Assembly: GCF_036321535.1 (NCBI RefSeq)
Contig: NC_087436.1
Coordinates: 90,584,001 to 90,648,000, forward strand
DNA: 64,000 bases
Origin: Camelus dromedarius
Taxonomy: Eukaryota
Direction: 5' to 3'
The notes below the pieces were generated by a model. The model saw only the letters and a list, made by a program, of their open reading frames with translations, searched no databases and had not been told where the DNA came from. Below are positions 26,720 to 39,363 of the stretch, piece by piece (position 1 is the stretch's first letter; each line of letters opens with the position of its first letter). Both the position numbers and the translations under genes were made by a program.

Positions 26720-26984
26720 ATCTGGAGGTTATCAGAGGCCAGGCTTAGAAGTGAAGCACATCATTTATGACCATGTTCCACTGAACAGAAGTCAATTCCA
26801 TGGCAAGAGAGATTAGGAAATTTAGTTTAAGCTGAAACAAAACAAGTTTTTAATGAACACTTGACATTCTCTGCCATGGATGATAATAAGGGCTATGCAG
26901 GAACTCACAGAAAGTTGAGGGAACACAGAGAGCAGGGGGTGACATTAGTTAACTGGGATAGGGAGTCTGGGAAATCCATACAGC

Positions 26985-27190
26985 CATATGGTTTAGGGCC
27001 GAAGATCATGGTCTATACTGCAGTACTGCTTGGACTTAAATTGTGGCTCCACTCTTACTGACAGTGTGACTTTGGAAAAATTAATGTATCTCTCTGCACC
27101 TCAGTTTCACCATCTTAAAAAGTGGTATGGCATTAGTACCTAAATGTCTGATAGATAGTAACTAGTCTATGTACAGTATTTGCTATTACC
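26985..27190 (+). mobile_element. MIR SINE
   Basis: 'ggctccactcttactgacagtgtgactttgg...ctctctgcacctcagtttcaccatct'. Confidence 0.75.
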
Positions 27191-27942
27191 ATTAGGCTAG
27201 ATCAGTTAACACATTTGAGCAGAGGTATAAAGATGCATGGGAGTGACTCATAAGGAAATATGGAAGATATTCTAGGTAATACAGAGAAAATATAAAGAGA
27301 CCATGAATCAACTTGTAAAATTGTGGTGATAACATGAGGACTGAAATTGATCACAATATTTATTAAGGTGGAGAACATTGTTGTCCTTAACAAGAACTGT
27401 CTTTGTGAAATGGTAGAGAAAAAGTCTAATTAAAGAAGGTTAGAGAGAATGGGGGGAAAGGAGTTAGAGACATTGAGTATACATTCCCTTTTTAGCTGTT
27501 TTGCTATAAAGTAAATCACTGAAACGAGCTGCTAGAGAGCAAGGTCATGATGCTGTTATTGTTGCCGGAGACATTACTGCATATCTGAACGCTAACAGAA
27601 GTGATTCACTGGAAAGGAAATTGATGATGTTGAAGAAAAAGAGAGACAGTTATATTTTAGGCAGGGAGGGTAAAATCCAGGGCACAAATGGATCATAGCC
27701 AAGTTCTCTATAATAAAGGGAGCAAAGGCAGATAATAATATGGGCACAGGTTAGAAGCATGGGCAGAAGGGGGTTTACAGAGTTTCTTTCTAATTACTCC
27801 TATTTTATCAGTCAAATAAAAAGCAAAGCCATTGACAGAAGAAAAATGTGAGTGGTGTTACTAGTGACTTGAGTTGAAGAAGGGAACATGTAAAGTAATG
27901 CCTAAGAGACTGTGATTGTGAGGATGAATGGTCGGTCAAGAA

Positions 27943-28092
27943 CAGTTTCTCAAACTTTGACATGGATATCTGGGTCCTTCTCCAGAGTTTCTGAAACAGT
28001 GGCTCTACAGTGAGACCTAAAAGCTTACATTTGTAGTTAAGTTCCCAGGTGGTGATGATCCTACGTGTTCAGTGACCACAGTTTGAGAACCA
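27943..28092. mobile_element. MER5A-like hAT MITE
   Basis: Terminal inverted repeats cagtttctcaaact ... agtttgagaacca, with internal 'aagttcccaggtggtgatg'. Confidence 0.75.
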
Positions 28093-28353
28093 ATAAAAGA
28101 AGGAATTTTAGTAGAATTCCTGGACAAAAAAATTAAGGGCCATTAGTCATGAACCTAGTATGAGAGCTTTTTATTTTTCTGTTATAATACACAATTTAAA
28201 GAAATAATTAGAGACTTAGGTATAAACATGATACCCCCCAGTGTCATACAGAGAACAGGAAGGGGATCTGGTGTATGTATACCGTAGACTCTGACTTCGG
28301 GAATACTGGATATGAGGATGTGACAGGGTGAAGGACATGAAAATGTTTTAGTG

Positions 28354-28850
28354 TGTGCAGAAAATAGTTAACATAGTACATGTGAGACTGCTATCCTTTG
28401 AAAGTCCTACTTACAAGACTGGATTTTGGCTGGCATGGCAGCTTGGATTTGGGGAGGGTTTTCATTACTTCTCTTGATAAGAATGGCTTACTGTATCTAA
28501 ACTAGGTGTGCAAACAATAATGATTTATGCTAAACATCAGCTTTCCTTCTCTGAGTCTGAAATTTTGATACATGCTAGGGAGAGAGTACCCACATGACTC
28601 GTCCCTAATAAAATCCTTAGGCACTGAGTCTCTGACGAGCTTCTCTGATAAACTTTCACACGTGCTATAATGACTCTTTGCTTATGTGACTCTACTGGGA
28701 AAGAACTCTTGGAAGCTTGTGCCTGATTGCTGACTTTGCTTCGTGTCCTTTTGCTTTAATAAATTTTGGCAGTGAGGATGATTGCATCTTGGGCCCCATG
28801 AGTCCTCCTAGCAAACCATTGAAACTGGAGATGGTATTGGGGACCGTCAA
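28354..28850 (+). mobile_element. MER21-like LTR
   Basis: Starts 'tgtgcagaaaatagttaacatag', contains 'ggcactgagtctctgacgagcttc', and ends 'ctggagatggtattggggacc'. Confidence 0.75.
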
Positions 28851-29739
28851 CATTCTAGGGTCAGTGCATTGCAAGTACATTACTGGAGTGTGTGTCATAA
28901 AGTAGTAGTAACTGAAAAGGTTGTGGCCACAGACTAAGGTGCTTAAAAATAAAATTACTAGTAAAGTGAGTTATTATTCATTTAAATAGTAATGCTATGA
29001 ACATGAACATTGTGCCTGAAATAGAGTGAAGAGTTAGATCATCGGAAGAGAAAGAACCAAGAACTTAAAGGTCAGATTTTGTGAGGAATTATCTACACTG
29101 TAGAAAAAAGTCACTTTATACAGGTCTTTATTTTGCTAGGTGTCACTGGGCTCCTTTCCATCTGCAGACATATGTCCCTCGATTATTTGGATAAGTTCTA
29201 GTATTTCATCTTTTCCTTTTCTTTTTCCTTTTTCAACTCCAGTTATTCAAATGTTAGATATATTGGTTTAACCCACTATGAGTTTCATTTTTTTTTATTT
29301 GACAACTTTTCTTTTTTTTCCTTTTTTGAGGCTCTTTTCAAAATTGTTGGAGAGTGGTCCAGGTTTTCCCATTTCCAAGAATGCTAAGGAGATACCAGAC
29401 ATGCTCTTTCTTTGTATTTAGAAACTTCCTGACCCATTACTAAGAATCACATCAGCCATTTTCCTCCTAAGTAAGGAGGATCCAAGGAGTCAAGGGAAAG
29501 TTTCCTAAAACAGAAAGGCTAACTTCCTAATGGAAGCATTGTGATATATCTTCTTCTCAACCCATGCAGTTCGTATGGAGGTATGGAGATGAGACGGTAG
29601 TTGGATGTATCAGCCAAGTTAAGTGAGGACTGATCCAACAGAACTACTCATAGAAACTGAGGAGACCTGAAATAATTGAAATCTGAGTCCATAGCTAAAG
29701 CAGCCATGGAGGTTTTAACTCATATTTCCTTCTAAAAAT

Positions 29740-30184
29740 GAACTCCCCATTCAACTTCAAGTAGTGCTTTTAGCTACTAGCCTTCAACTGCTAATGCCTT
29801 CAGAGCTTACCTCATCTTCCAAGATGAATTCATCTCCTTTTTCTGTCCAGCCCAACCAACGATTGAACATGTTATATTACTAGCATGTGGCCATTTTGGA
29901 CAAATGTGCAATTCTTTTAACTGGCAACCTCTGCTCTAGTGCTGTCCATGGGACTAACACTTTTGCAGATCTGCACTGCAGTCTGATCTTTTCCCTACCA
30001 ATTCTGCTTCCTCCAAGCCTTCCTTTCATAGATGTCAGATCTGCTTCAATATTAGAAATCTTTATGGCCCAGTCCTACTTCCTCTCCCTTTCACAAGCCT
30101 TTACCCATACACCACTCTCCAGGATGTCTCTTGTACTAGTAACTCTGACTTAGTGTCTGTTTCCCAGAAAGGCCACTGAATACA
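29740..30184 (+). mobile_element. LTR16-like ERVL LTR
   Basis: 'gcagatctgcactgcagtctga' and the end 'gtgtctgtttcccagaaaggccactgaataca'. Confidence 0.55.
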
Positions 30185-30459
30185 GTATTTTAGCTTTGAC
30201 ACTTACTTAGACAGAGAACCTTGACTTTGTAATGGATATGTTTGAGTGGATCATAGTGGTTTTGAAATACTTTGCTATATATTCTGGAGTAAGGAATATA
30301 TATATATACACACACATACACACACATACAGACAAAGATGCTACTGTCTGTTACACATTTGGAAATTAAGATTCCCTTGGGCAAAGTAGAAAAGGTAGTC
30401 AACCTTGTGTTGTATTTAATATGCTTTGCCGAAGAGTAGCCTCCTGCAAGAAAAAGGCA

Positions 30460-30990
30460 AACTGTCTTTCAGCAATGAGCAGCTGTGAGATGCAACTGAC
30501 ATGGGAAATTGCTGAGACACATATGGCAGAGACAAGTAACTGATGAAAAATGTTATGCTTGACTTTCAATGGTGTAGAATTGTCAGTAAAAAACTGCTGA
30601 CCAGTCCGGGACCACATTTCTCAGCTTCACTTACAGTAAAGTCTGCCTATTTCAATGAGTTCTGGCCCATGAAACAGACTGTAGTGGTACATTCCACTTA
30701 CAGGCCTGATCCATAAAACTCCCATACTGCAAGCCACCATATTTTCCCCTTCTTCCACTGCTGTACAGCAATGCCCAAGAAATCTTACGAAGTTGTATGT
30801 TGAAGATGGCAGAGCCTTTGACAATGTGGGTTTAAATGAATGCAAACCAAAAGCCCTCATACTCATTCCTAAACCCCACTGACTAGGAATATGCCCATTA
30901 GATTATTAGATGAGCAAGAAATAAGATTATATTTTATTACACCACTTATATTCCAGGGTTTATTTGTTAGAGCACCTAGGGTTACTCTGA
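30460..30990 (+). mobile_element. Old MLT1-type LTR
   Basis: 'gttgaagatggcagagcc...gagcaagaaataagatt...tttatttgttagagcacctag'. Confidence 0.55.
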
Positions 30991-31449
30991 GGAGTACAAA
31001 AGGCATCCCAAAGGACCTGGGTTAAGTTTTGCCCAAATTGAGTAATGAGACAGCCAGGGTTTTCAAGGCTATGGCAGGTCAATGATGTCCAAACTCCAAT
31101 GAGTACTGAATCCACAAGATTTTATCAAAATTCATCAGATATAGCCAAATTTATTTACCATTATTTTAACAAAATTAACAACAGTGTATGAATTTCCCTG
31201 TCTTAAAAAACTCTTAAGACTTTTAATTCGTTTTGCTTAATCCTTTTCTCCCCTGTCTCAATCTTGGAGGAAGTGGCCACAAGTGGGAGGAGATAAAGAA
31301 GATGAACAAACTGCTCTTACTCTTCCTCTCTTCCCTATTATAAATCCTCAGGTCGCTGCTCAGATCTGAGCTAGAGGGAGGAATAGAGTTTTGAATTAGA
31401 TATAAGTGAAAGTTTAAATTGAATTAAGTAGGATTTATTTTGATTTTTA

Positions 31450-32210
31450 AAAATGAATAATGCATGCATGTAATAAAAAATTCAAAAGGAATAAATAAGT
31501 ATGCAGTAAAAAAAAAAGTAGTTGTTACACATTTGTCATAGAAACAATCAATTTCCCACCCATGAGGAAGCCACTTTTAAAATTAATGAATTTCTTGAGC
31601 ATTATTTCAGATTCCTGATAAACAGAGGTAAACAAACATGGTAGTATGCCATATACACTGTTCAGTACCTTGCTTTTTTTGCTTAAAAAATATTTTGGAT
31701 ATCATTTTGTATCAGTAGCTAAAAATCTATTTCAGTCTTTCTGAAGGTCTTTGCCCTTTGAATAGCATTATTTAACCAATCCATTATTAAGTCATTTCTC
31801 AATCTGTTAATTGTAAATAAAGTGTTACTTAATAACTTTTTACATATGTCATTTTTCTCAAATGCAAGATTATTTGTAGGATAATTCTAGGGAAAGAAAT
31901 GGCTAGGACAAATGGCATATACACTTAATATTTTGAGAGATAGATATTACTAAATTGACTGTCCTAGATATTTGTCTTATTTACAAACTAGCAATACGTA
32001 TGTGAGTCTATTTTTCATTCTAACTGACTTTTTTGTCCTTTGATAACTTGAAAGATAAACATAGTATCAAAGTGTAATTTTAATTTACATTCCTGTTCTT
32101 ATAAATAAAGCTGAAAATCTTCTCATGTTTAAGAACCGTTTTTATTTTTAGCATTCTGTTTATATCAATCACCTCTTTTTCTATGGGGTTAGATGTCTTT
32201 GTACGACGTA
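31450..32210 (-). mobile_element. Old L1ME-like fragment
   Basis: 'atacactgttcagtaccttgctttttt', 'gtaggataattctagg' and 'ttttaatttacattcct'. Confidence 0.6.
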
Positions 32211-32259
32211 TATGTGTCAGAGTTGAGTATAGGAAATGAAGTCTATGATGATTCAGATG

Positions 32260-33880
32260 CATGAGACATTGGTGAAGTTTTAGGAGTCCAGTGGTCTGAG
32301 TCATGCTGAGACACCCCCAATAAGACAAAAGGCAAGTTGTTGCTCCCCACTACCTACTCCCTGCCCCATGCCTCCTACCACTGTGAAAGAGTCAAAGATT
32401 TTAGTGAATTTAGGAACACATACTGCACTTGGAAATGCTCCTCTCACCTATTTATTGGATGAAACACAAGGCTGCCAGTTTCAAATAGAATTCAAAGCAA
32501 GAGAGAGTTCTGTGGCAAGCCCATGCTCTAGTGAATGCCATACTGTCTCTTTTGCCACCAGAAAACAAGATGTTACTTTATGTATCATGAGTGAAGTCCT
32601 TTGTAAGCTCTAATAGGATAGTTGTAGCCCATATCTCTGGAGTTTTAAGTACAGTAATTCTTCTATAGCCAAGAACTATGCACTATTTGGAAAATGCCCT
32701 TGGCCTGGTACTACACCCTAGTAAAGATTGAGAACCGACAATGGAACAAGATATGGCAACATGACTTTCCCAACATGATCCAGCCATCATTAGATCCAAG
32801 GAATTACAAAAGTCAGGTAGGCAGAGAAGCAACACATTCTATAAGTGAAGTTCTGCATTCTGGATTAGGCTCTAACAGATAGTTCAGACTCAAAAGCACA
32901 TATTGCTGATGTAACAAAGCCTTTCCCTCAGTTCACAGCCATATGCTGAAGGGTTGTTTCTCATGACCAGGAAACGCTGTAGGACTAATACTCATTAGTG
33001 GATACACTTATGCCAGTGAAAGATGAACTGCCCCCATATTTATTAAAGCCTCATTGAGTAGGCCTCCCTGAAAACAAGTGTCGAAGGGAAGGTCTTTTAA
33101 TAGTGAAAGCTATGGGTTCTGCCTGAAGAAAGAGATGAATGAGTTATATACAGCAAATTCTGGTGCTGAAGTAGACTGGCTGGTTGCTCAGAGATCTGAA
33201 ATGATAAGATTTAAAAACTGGAAGCATGGAGTTATAAAGTTAAAGAGGCCACAGAGTTTGTCTGTTGTGTTGCATGTCAATGTTTCTCAGCATCCACTTC
33301 AGAGGATGCCCTCAAGGAGCAGATGAAGACAATGACTTAGCCAGCTCCTCTATACAGCAACTCATATACTCACATAGTTAACTCATTAGAGAATGGCCAT
33401 GGTGGTGGGGATGAAGGATTTATGTGGGATCAACAACATGGCTCTTTCACTTGAAGGCTAATCTAACTACCACTGGTGAGTAGTTAGATTAGCCAGTTTG
33501 CCATATGGAAGGACTGATACTGAGCTCTCCAGATATTTAGAGGCTTGTTGCTTGTATCAGGCCCATTTCACCTTAAAGGCAACAGTGATTCTCACAAACC
33601 AAAATGATTCATGTTCCAAATATGAGTCGATCTTCTCTGCCAGTAGTACCTCTCAGCCCAACATCACTTCAGGGCTTACAGAATTCCTCATGCTTTCACG
33701 TGGTATCCCACACATACTGCTGCAGACCAAGAGATGCAGTGATGAGCTAATTACCAAGTATGTCATCACTCTGACAACTGACCTGACAGAATGGGTGAAT
33801 TGGGATGACTGCTCAGCTAAAGACCAACCTCAGTGGCATCTTACAATGCTGGAGTGCTCTTCTGCAGGATACACCTAGTC
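32260..33880 (+). mobile_element. Degenerate ERVL/MaLR internal (pol-like) sequence
   Basis: 'gtgaagttttaggagtccagtggtctg' (VKFLGVQWS-like), 'cctcctaccact' (PPTT) and 'catggtggtggggatgaaggatttatgtgggatcaacaacatgg' (HGGxD...WxQQHG-like); heavily disrupted. Confidence 0.7.
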
Positions 33881-33929
33881 ACTATAACAATACTGAAAAC
33901 GTGGTGCTTTATCACCAGAATATAATATA

Positions 33930-36900
33930 AATATAATGCAGTGTCTACTCTTAGGACACAGTGGAATGAAACTAAAAATAAATAGCAGAAAGATAACTGG
34001 AAAATCCCAAAACACATGGAAATTAAATAAAACTCTTCTAAATAACACATTGGTCAAAGAAGAAATCTCAAAAGAAATTTTAAAGTATTTTGAGCTAACT
34101 GAAAATGAAAACATGAATTATCAAAATGTGTCATATACAGTAAAAGCAGTACTTAGAGGGAAATGTATAACACTGGATGCATATACTAAAAAAGATGAAA
34201 TATTTTAAATCAATAATCTTAAGTTCTCACATTAGGAAACTAGAACAAGAAGAACCAATTAAAACAAAAGCAAGCAGAAGAAAAGAATACTAAGAATTAG
34301 AGTGGAAATCAATTAAACTGAAAACAGGGAAATCATTAGAGAAAAATCAATGGAACCAAAAGCTGATTCTTTGAAAAAAAAGACTACTAAAACTGATAAG
34401 CCTCTAGCTAGGCTAATTAGAAAAATAAATAAAATAAAAAAGAGTGGACACAAATTACTAATATCAAAAATAAAAGAGGTGACATCATTACAGATCCCAT
34501 GGACAAAGGATAATTAAAAAAAATACTACAAATAACTTTCTTCCTACAAATCTGATAACCCATATGAAATAGACCAATTGCTTGAAAGATACAATTTACC
34601 AAAACTTATATAAAAGGAATCTGAATAGGCGTACATCAATTAAAGAAATTGAATCAGTAATTAATAATTTTCCAAAAAAGAAAGCACCAGGCCCAGAAGG
34701 GATCACTGGTGAATTCCATTAAACATTTAAGGAAGATATTATACCAATTCTCTATAACCTCTTTCAGAGAGTAGAAATAGAGAGAGTACTTCCTAGCTCA
34801 TTCTATAAGGTCAACATTACCCTAATACTAAAACCATGAAAAGACATTACAAGAAAAGAAACCACAGAGTAAAATCTCCAGTATGAAATATAGTTGCAAA
34901 AACCCTCAATAAAATTTTAGCAAATCAAATCCAACAATGTGTAAAAAGAATTATACGCCGTGGTTCTGTGTGACTTTTCCCCAGTATACAAGGCTGATTC
35001 AACATTTAAAAACAACCTAAATGTCCATTGACAGATGACTGGATAAAGAACTTGTGGTATATTTACACAATGGAGTACTACTCAGTCATAAAAAAGAATA
35101 AAACAATGCCATTTACATCTACATGAATGGACCTGGAGAATGTCATTCTAAGTGCAGTAAGCCAGAAAGAGAAAGAAAAATACCATATGCTATCACTTAT
35201 ATGTGGAATCTAAAAAAGGGGGGGAGGATACACTAATGAACTCATCTACAAAACAGAAACAGACTCACAGACATAGAAAACAAATTTATAGTTACCAGTG
35301 GGGGAAGGGGGTGGGAAGGGGTAAATTGGGAGTTCGAGATTTGTAGATACTAACTAATATATAAAAAACAGATAAACAACAAGTTTATACCATATAGCAC
35401 AGGGAACTATATTCAATATCTTGTAGTAACTTATGGTGAGAGAGAGTATGAAAACAAATATATGTATGTTCCTATATGAATGAAGTATTGTGCTGTACAC
35501 CAGAAATTGACACAACATTGTAAACTCACTATACTTCAGTAAAAACATATATTAAAAAATCAATATAGTGCATTATATTAATAAGCTAAAAAAGAAAAAA
35601 GATACATGATTATATCAATAAATGCAGAAAAAGCATTTGAAAAAGCCCAACATCCATTTATGATAAAAACTCTATGAAAACTAGAAATAGAGGGGAACTT
35701 TCTCAACCTGATAAAAGAATATTTACAAAATGCCTATAGCTAACATAATACTTGATGGTAAGAAACTCAAAGCTTTCCCATGACAGTCAGGTATATGGCA
35801 AGAACATCCCCTCTTACCGCTCCTTTTCAACATTGAAACTCCAGAAGTTTGTGCCAATGCAAGAAGATTAAAAAAGGAAATAAAAAGAATACAGGTTGGG
35901 AAGGAAATAAATAAAACTGTATTTGTTTGCAGATGTCATGATCATCTATGTAGAAAATGCCAAAGAATCAACAAGAAAATCTGTGTAACTAATAAGTGAT
36001 TAGTTACAGAGCTACAGGATACAAGGTCAGTATACAAAGCCAATCACTTTCCTATATAGTAGCAATGAATAAGTGGAATTTGAAATTTGAAACAATACCA
36101 TTTACATTATATACAGCAATAGATACTAAGGTATAAATAAAAAAAATGTGTACAAGACCTATATGAGGAAAACTACAAAACTCTGACAAAAAAAAATCAA
36201 AGAACTAAAAAAATGGAGAGATATTTCATATTCATAGGTAAAGATTCAATACTGTCAAGATGTCAGTTCTTTCCAAATTTATCTATAGAATCAATGCAAT
36301 CCAAATAAAAAAACCCAGCAAGTTAGTTTGTGGATATTGACAAATTGATTCTAAAGTTCATATGGAGAGACAAAATACCCAGAATAACCAGTATTATATT
36401 AAAGGAGATGAATAAAGTTGGAGACTGACACTACCTGACTTCAAGTCTTACTATAAAGCTACAGTAATCAAGACAGAGTGGTATTAGTGAAAGAATGGAA
36501 AAGTAGGTGAATGAAACAGAAGAGAGAGCCCAGAAATAGATCCTCATAAATGTAGTTAACTGATCTTTGATAAATGATTAAAGACAGCACAATGGAGCAA
36601 AGATAGTCTTTTCTACGAATGGTGCTAGAACAACTGGCTATCTGCGTGCAAAAGTGTGCATCCAGACACAGAATTTACACTGTTCACAAAAGTTAACACA
36701 GAACGGATCATAGATCTAAGTGTTAAAACACAAAATTATATAACTCCCAGATGATAACAGGAGAAAACCTAGATGACATGGGGGATGGTGATACATTTTT
36801 AAATACAACACCAAAGTTGCAGTCAAGGAATGAAATAATTGATAAGGTGAACTTCATTAAAATGAGAAATTTCTGCTGTGAAAAAGACAGTATCAAGGAA

Positions 36901-37960
36901 AAGAGATGACAAGCCACAGAATGGGAGGAAATACTTGCAAAGACACATCTGATAAAGGACTGTTACCCAAAATATACAAAGAACTATCAAAACTCAACAG
37001 GAAAACAACATGATCTTTAAATAGGCTAAAGACCTTAACAGAGAACTCACCAAAGAAGAGACACAGATAAGTGTATGAAAAGATGCTCCACACCATATGT
37101 CATCAGGAAGAGATAAGTTAAGACAAGACTGACTTGCTACTGCATGCCTATAGAGAGACCAAAATCTGGAATGCTGAAAACACCAAATGCTGGCAAGGAT
37201 ATGGAACAATGGGAACTGTCATACATTGCTGGTGGGAATGCAAAATGGTATACTCACTTTGCAAGGCAGTTTGATGGTTTCTTAAAAAATTAATCATACT
37301 CTTACATATGATCCAGCAGTTGCAGTCCCTGGTATTTACCCAATTAAATTGTGAACTTATGTCTACAAAAAAAAAAAAAGCCTGCACATGGATATTTATG
37401 GTAGTTTTATTTATAAATGCAAAAACTTGGTAGTAACCAAGATGTCCTTCAGTAGATGAATGAATAAGCAAGCTGTGATATACCCAGAAAATGGAATATT
37501 ACTTAGTGCTAAGATGAGATGAGCCATCAAACCACAAAAAGACATCGAGGCCCCTTAAATGCACATTACTAAGTGAAAAAAGTCAATCTGAAAAGGCTGC
37601 GTACTGTATGATTTCAACGATATAACATTGTGGAAAAGGCAAAGTATGGAGACAGTAAAACGATCAGTGGTTGCCAGGGGTGGGAGGAGGCGGAGGGTGT
37701 ATAGGAAGAATACAGAGGATTTTTAAAAGGACTGTGAAAATACTCTGTATGATACCATGTGATAAATACATTTGTCCAGATTATAGAATGTATGACACCA
37801 TGAGGTTCATCAATCATAATAAATTTACCACTCTAGTGGGGGATGTGGATAATGTGAGAGGCTGTGCATGTGTGGGCAGAGGGTATATGGGAAATCTCTA
37901 TTTTCTCAATTTTGCTGTGAACCCAAAACTGCTCTTAAAAAAAGCTGTCTTAAATAAAGA
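33930..37960 (+). mobile_element. L1MC1-like LINE-1, 5'-truncated, with a nested younger L1
   Basis: ORF2 remnants (HSGMKLKIN...WKLNKTLLNN; FADV at about 35926 in place of FADD). 3' UTR 'ggggatgtggataatgtgagaggctgtgcatgtgtgggcagagggtatatgggaaatctct...gctgtgaacccaaaactgctct'. Confidence 0.9.
35011..35558 (+). mobile_element. Young camelid-type L1 3' end nested in L1MC ORF2
   Basis: 'acaacctaaatgtccattgacagatgactgg...caccagaaattgacacaacattgtaaact'; host ORF2 resumes at 'aaatcaatatagtg'. Confidence 0.9.
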
Positions 37961-38302
37961 TAAACTTTTTTTATAAAAAACATTAAACAGGGCCTGTGAA
38001 AGTCTTGTGTGTCTGTACACATGGCCTGCATAGAAAAGAATATTCTTATGACATTTTCTGAGGTCTGTAACTGGAGGCACCTTATTTATACAGTTTCCTT
38101 TACCATTCTATTATGTCACTAATTATGAAAACCCTTCATTTTATTTAAAGGTTTTAGATTTCATAAAGTTCCAATTTAACTGAGGATAGAGTATACAGTT
38201 CTGTTTTCTATTCTCCTTACTGCATTAAATGTGACAGGGAAAGCCAACTCTAGCTGAACATCAGTTGTCTGGACCTTACTTTTTGATAGATGAAACAGCA
38301 AC

Positions 38303-38415
38303 TTTTTTTTCATTTTTTATTGAAGCACAGTCAGTTACAATGTGTCGATTTCTGGCGTGCAGCACAACGTCTCCGTCATGCATATACATAAGTATATTCG
38401 TTTTCAAATTTTTTA
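38303..38415 (-). mobile_element. Very short young L1 3' end
   Basis: T-run followed by 'tattgaagcacagtcagttacaatgtgtcgatttctggcgtgcagcac'; imperfect TSD aaacagcaact / aaatagcatct. Confidence 0.85.
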
Positions 38416-38943
38416 AATAGCATCTTGGTTACTGAAAACTCTCTTTCAGGTGGAATGTTTGGGCACCTTGTGTGGAATCTGGAAGTCTTTAAGTGAGGTG
38501 ACAGAATGCCCACTTTCAAGTCTCCAGCTCCATCAAGTGCCAAAACAAGAAGAAAAACAAACAAAAAAGATTATAAAAACCTATCTAGAGATCTTGTGTA
38601 ACTCCTGATATTTGCATACCAGTTTGAAGTTTCTTAAATGGTTTCTAATTTGTTCTTTCAAACGAAACACTATAATGTTAATAAGACATGATTCACCATC
38701 TCAATTTACTATATTTACTTTGTATTTATTATATTACTCTATCATTTATTAAAGAAAGAATGGAACTTCAGAGAGCTTAAGTTGCCTGACATAATTTATG
38801 CCTAATGACATTTCTTTGAAAGTCAAAGATGATACTTAAAGGACACTCATTTAATGGCCCATGATTAAATATTGAAAGACAATAAAACTTGAATTTGAGA
38901 TCACTGTGCATAACGATTTTTCAAGTGAAAAAGGGGAGGTGAA

Positions 38944-39363
38944 TGTGATGTTTAGTTTTATGTATCAGTTGGCTATACCATGGCACCCACTTATTTATTC
39001 AAACACTAATCCAGATGTTGCCCTAAAGGTATCTTGTGGAGGTGATCAACATTGACAGTCAGGAAATTAACCTCATACTGAAGACCTCAAGAGCAAAACC
39101 TAAGGCCTCATGGAGAAGACAGAATTCTGCCTGAAGACTGCATCTTCAGTTCCTGCCTGAGTTTCCAGCCTGCCAGCCTGGTCTACAGTTTTACAGTTTT
39201 GGGACTTGCCAGCTCTCATAATCATTTGACCTTATTTCTTAAAAGAAAATAAATCTCTTCCTCCTCTGCCCTTTTCTTTCAATCTCCCCCTCACCCTCTC
39301 ACTCACTCACTCACTCTTTGTTTCTCTCCATTGGCTCTGGTTTTAGAGAACCTGACTGACACA
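38944..39363 (+). mobile_element. MLT2 (ERVL) solo LTR
   Basis: Starts 'tgtgatgtttagttttatgtatca', contains 'tcctgcctgagtttccagcctgcc', and ends 'gagaacctgactgacaca'. Confidence 0.8.

Noticed and set aside
33498..33878. 126-aa ORF as a domesticated ERV gene
   Set aside because: It lies in heavily decayed ERVL-like sequence with no intact catalytic motifs.
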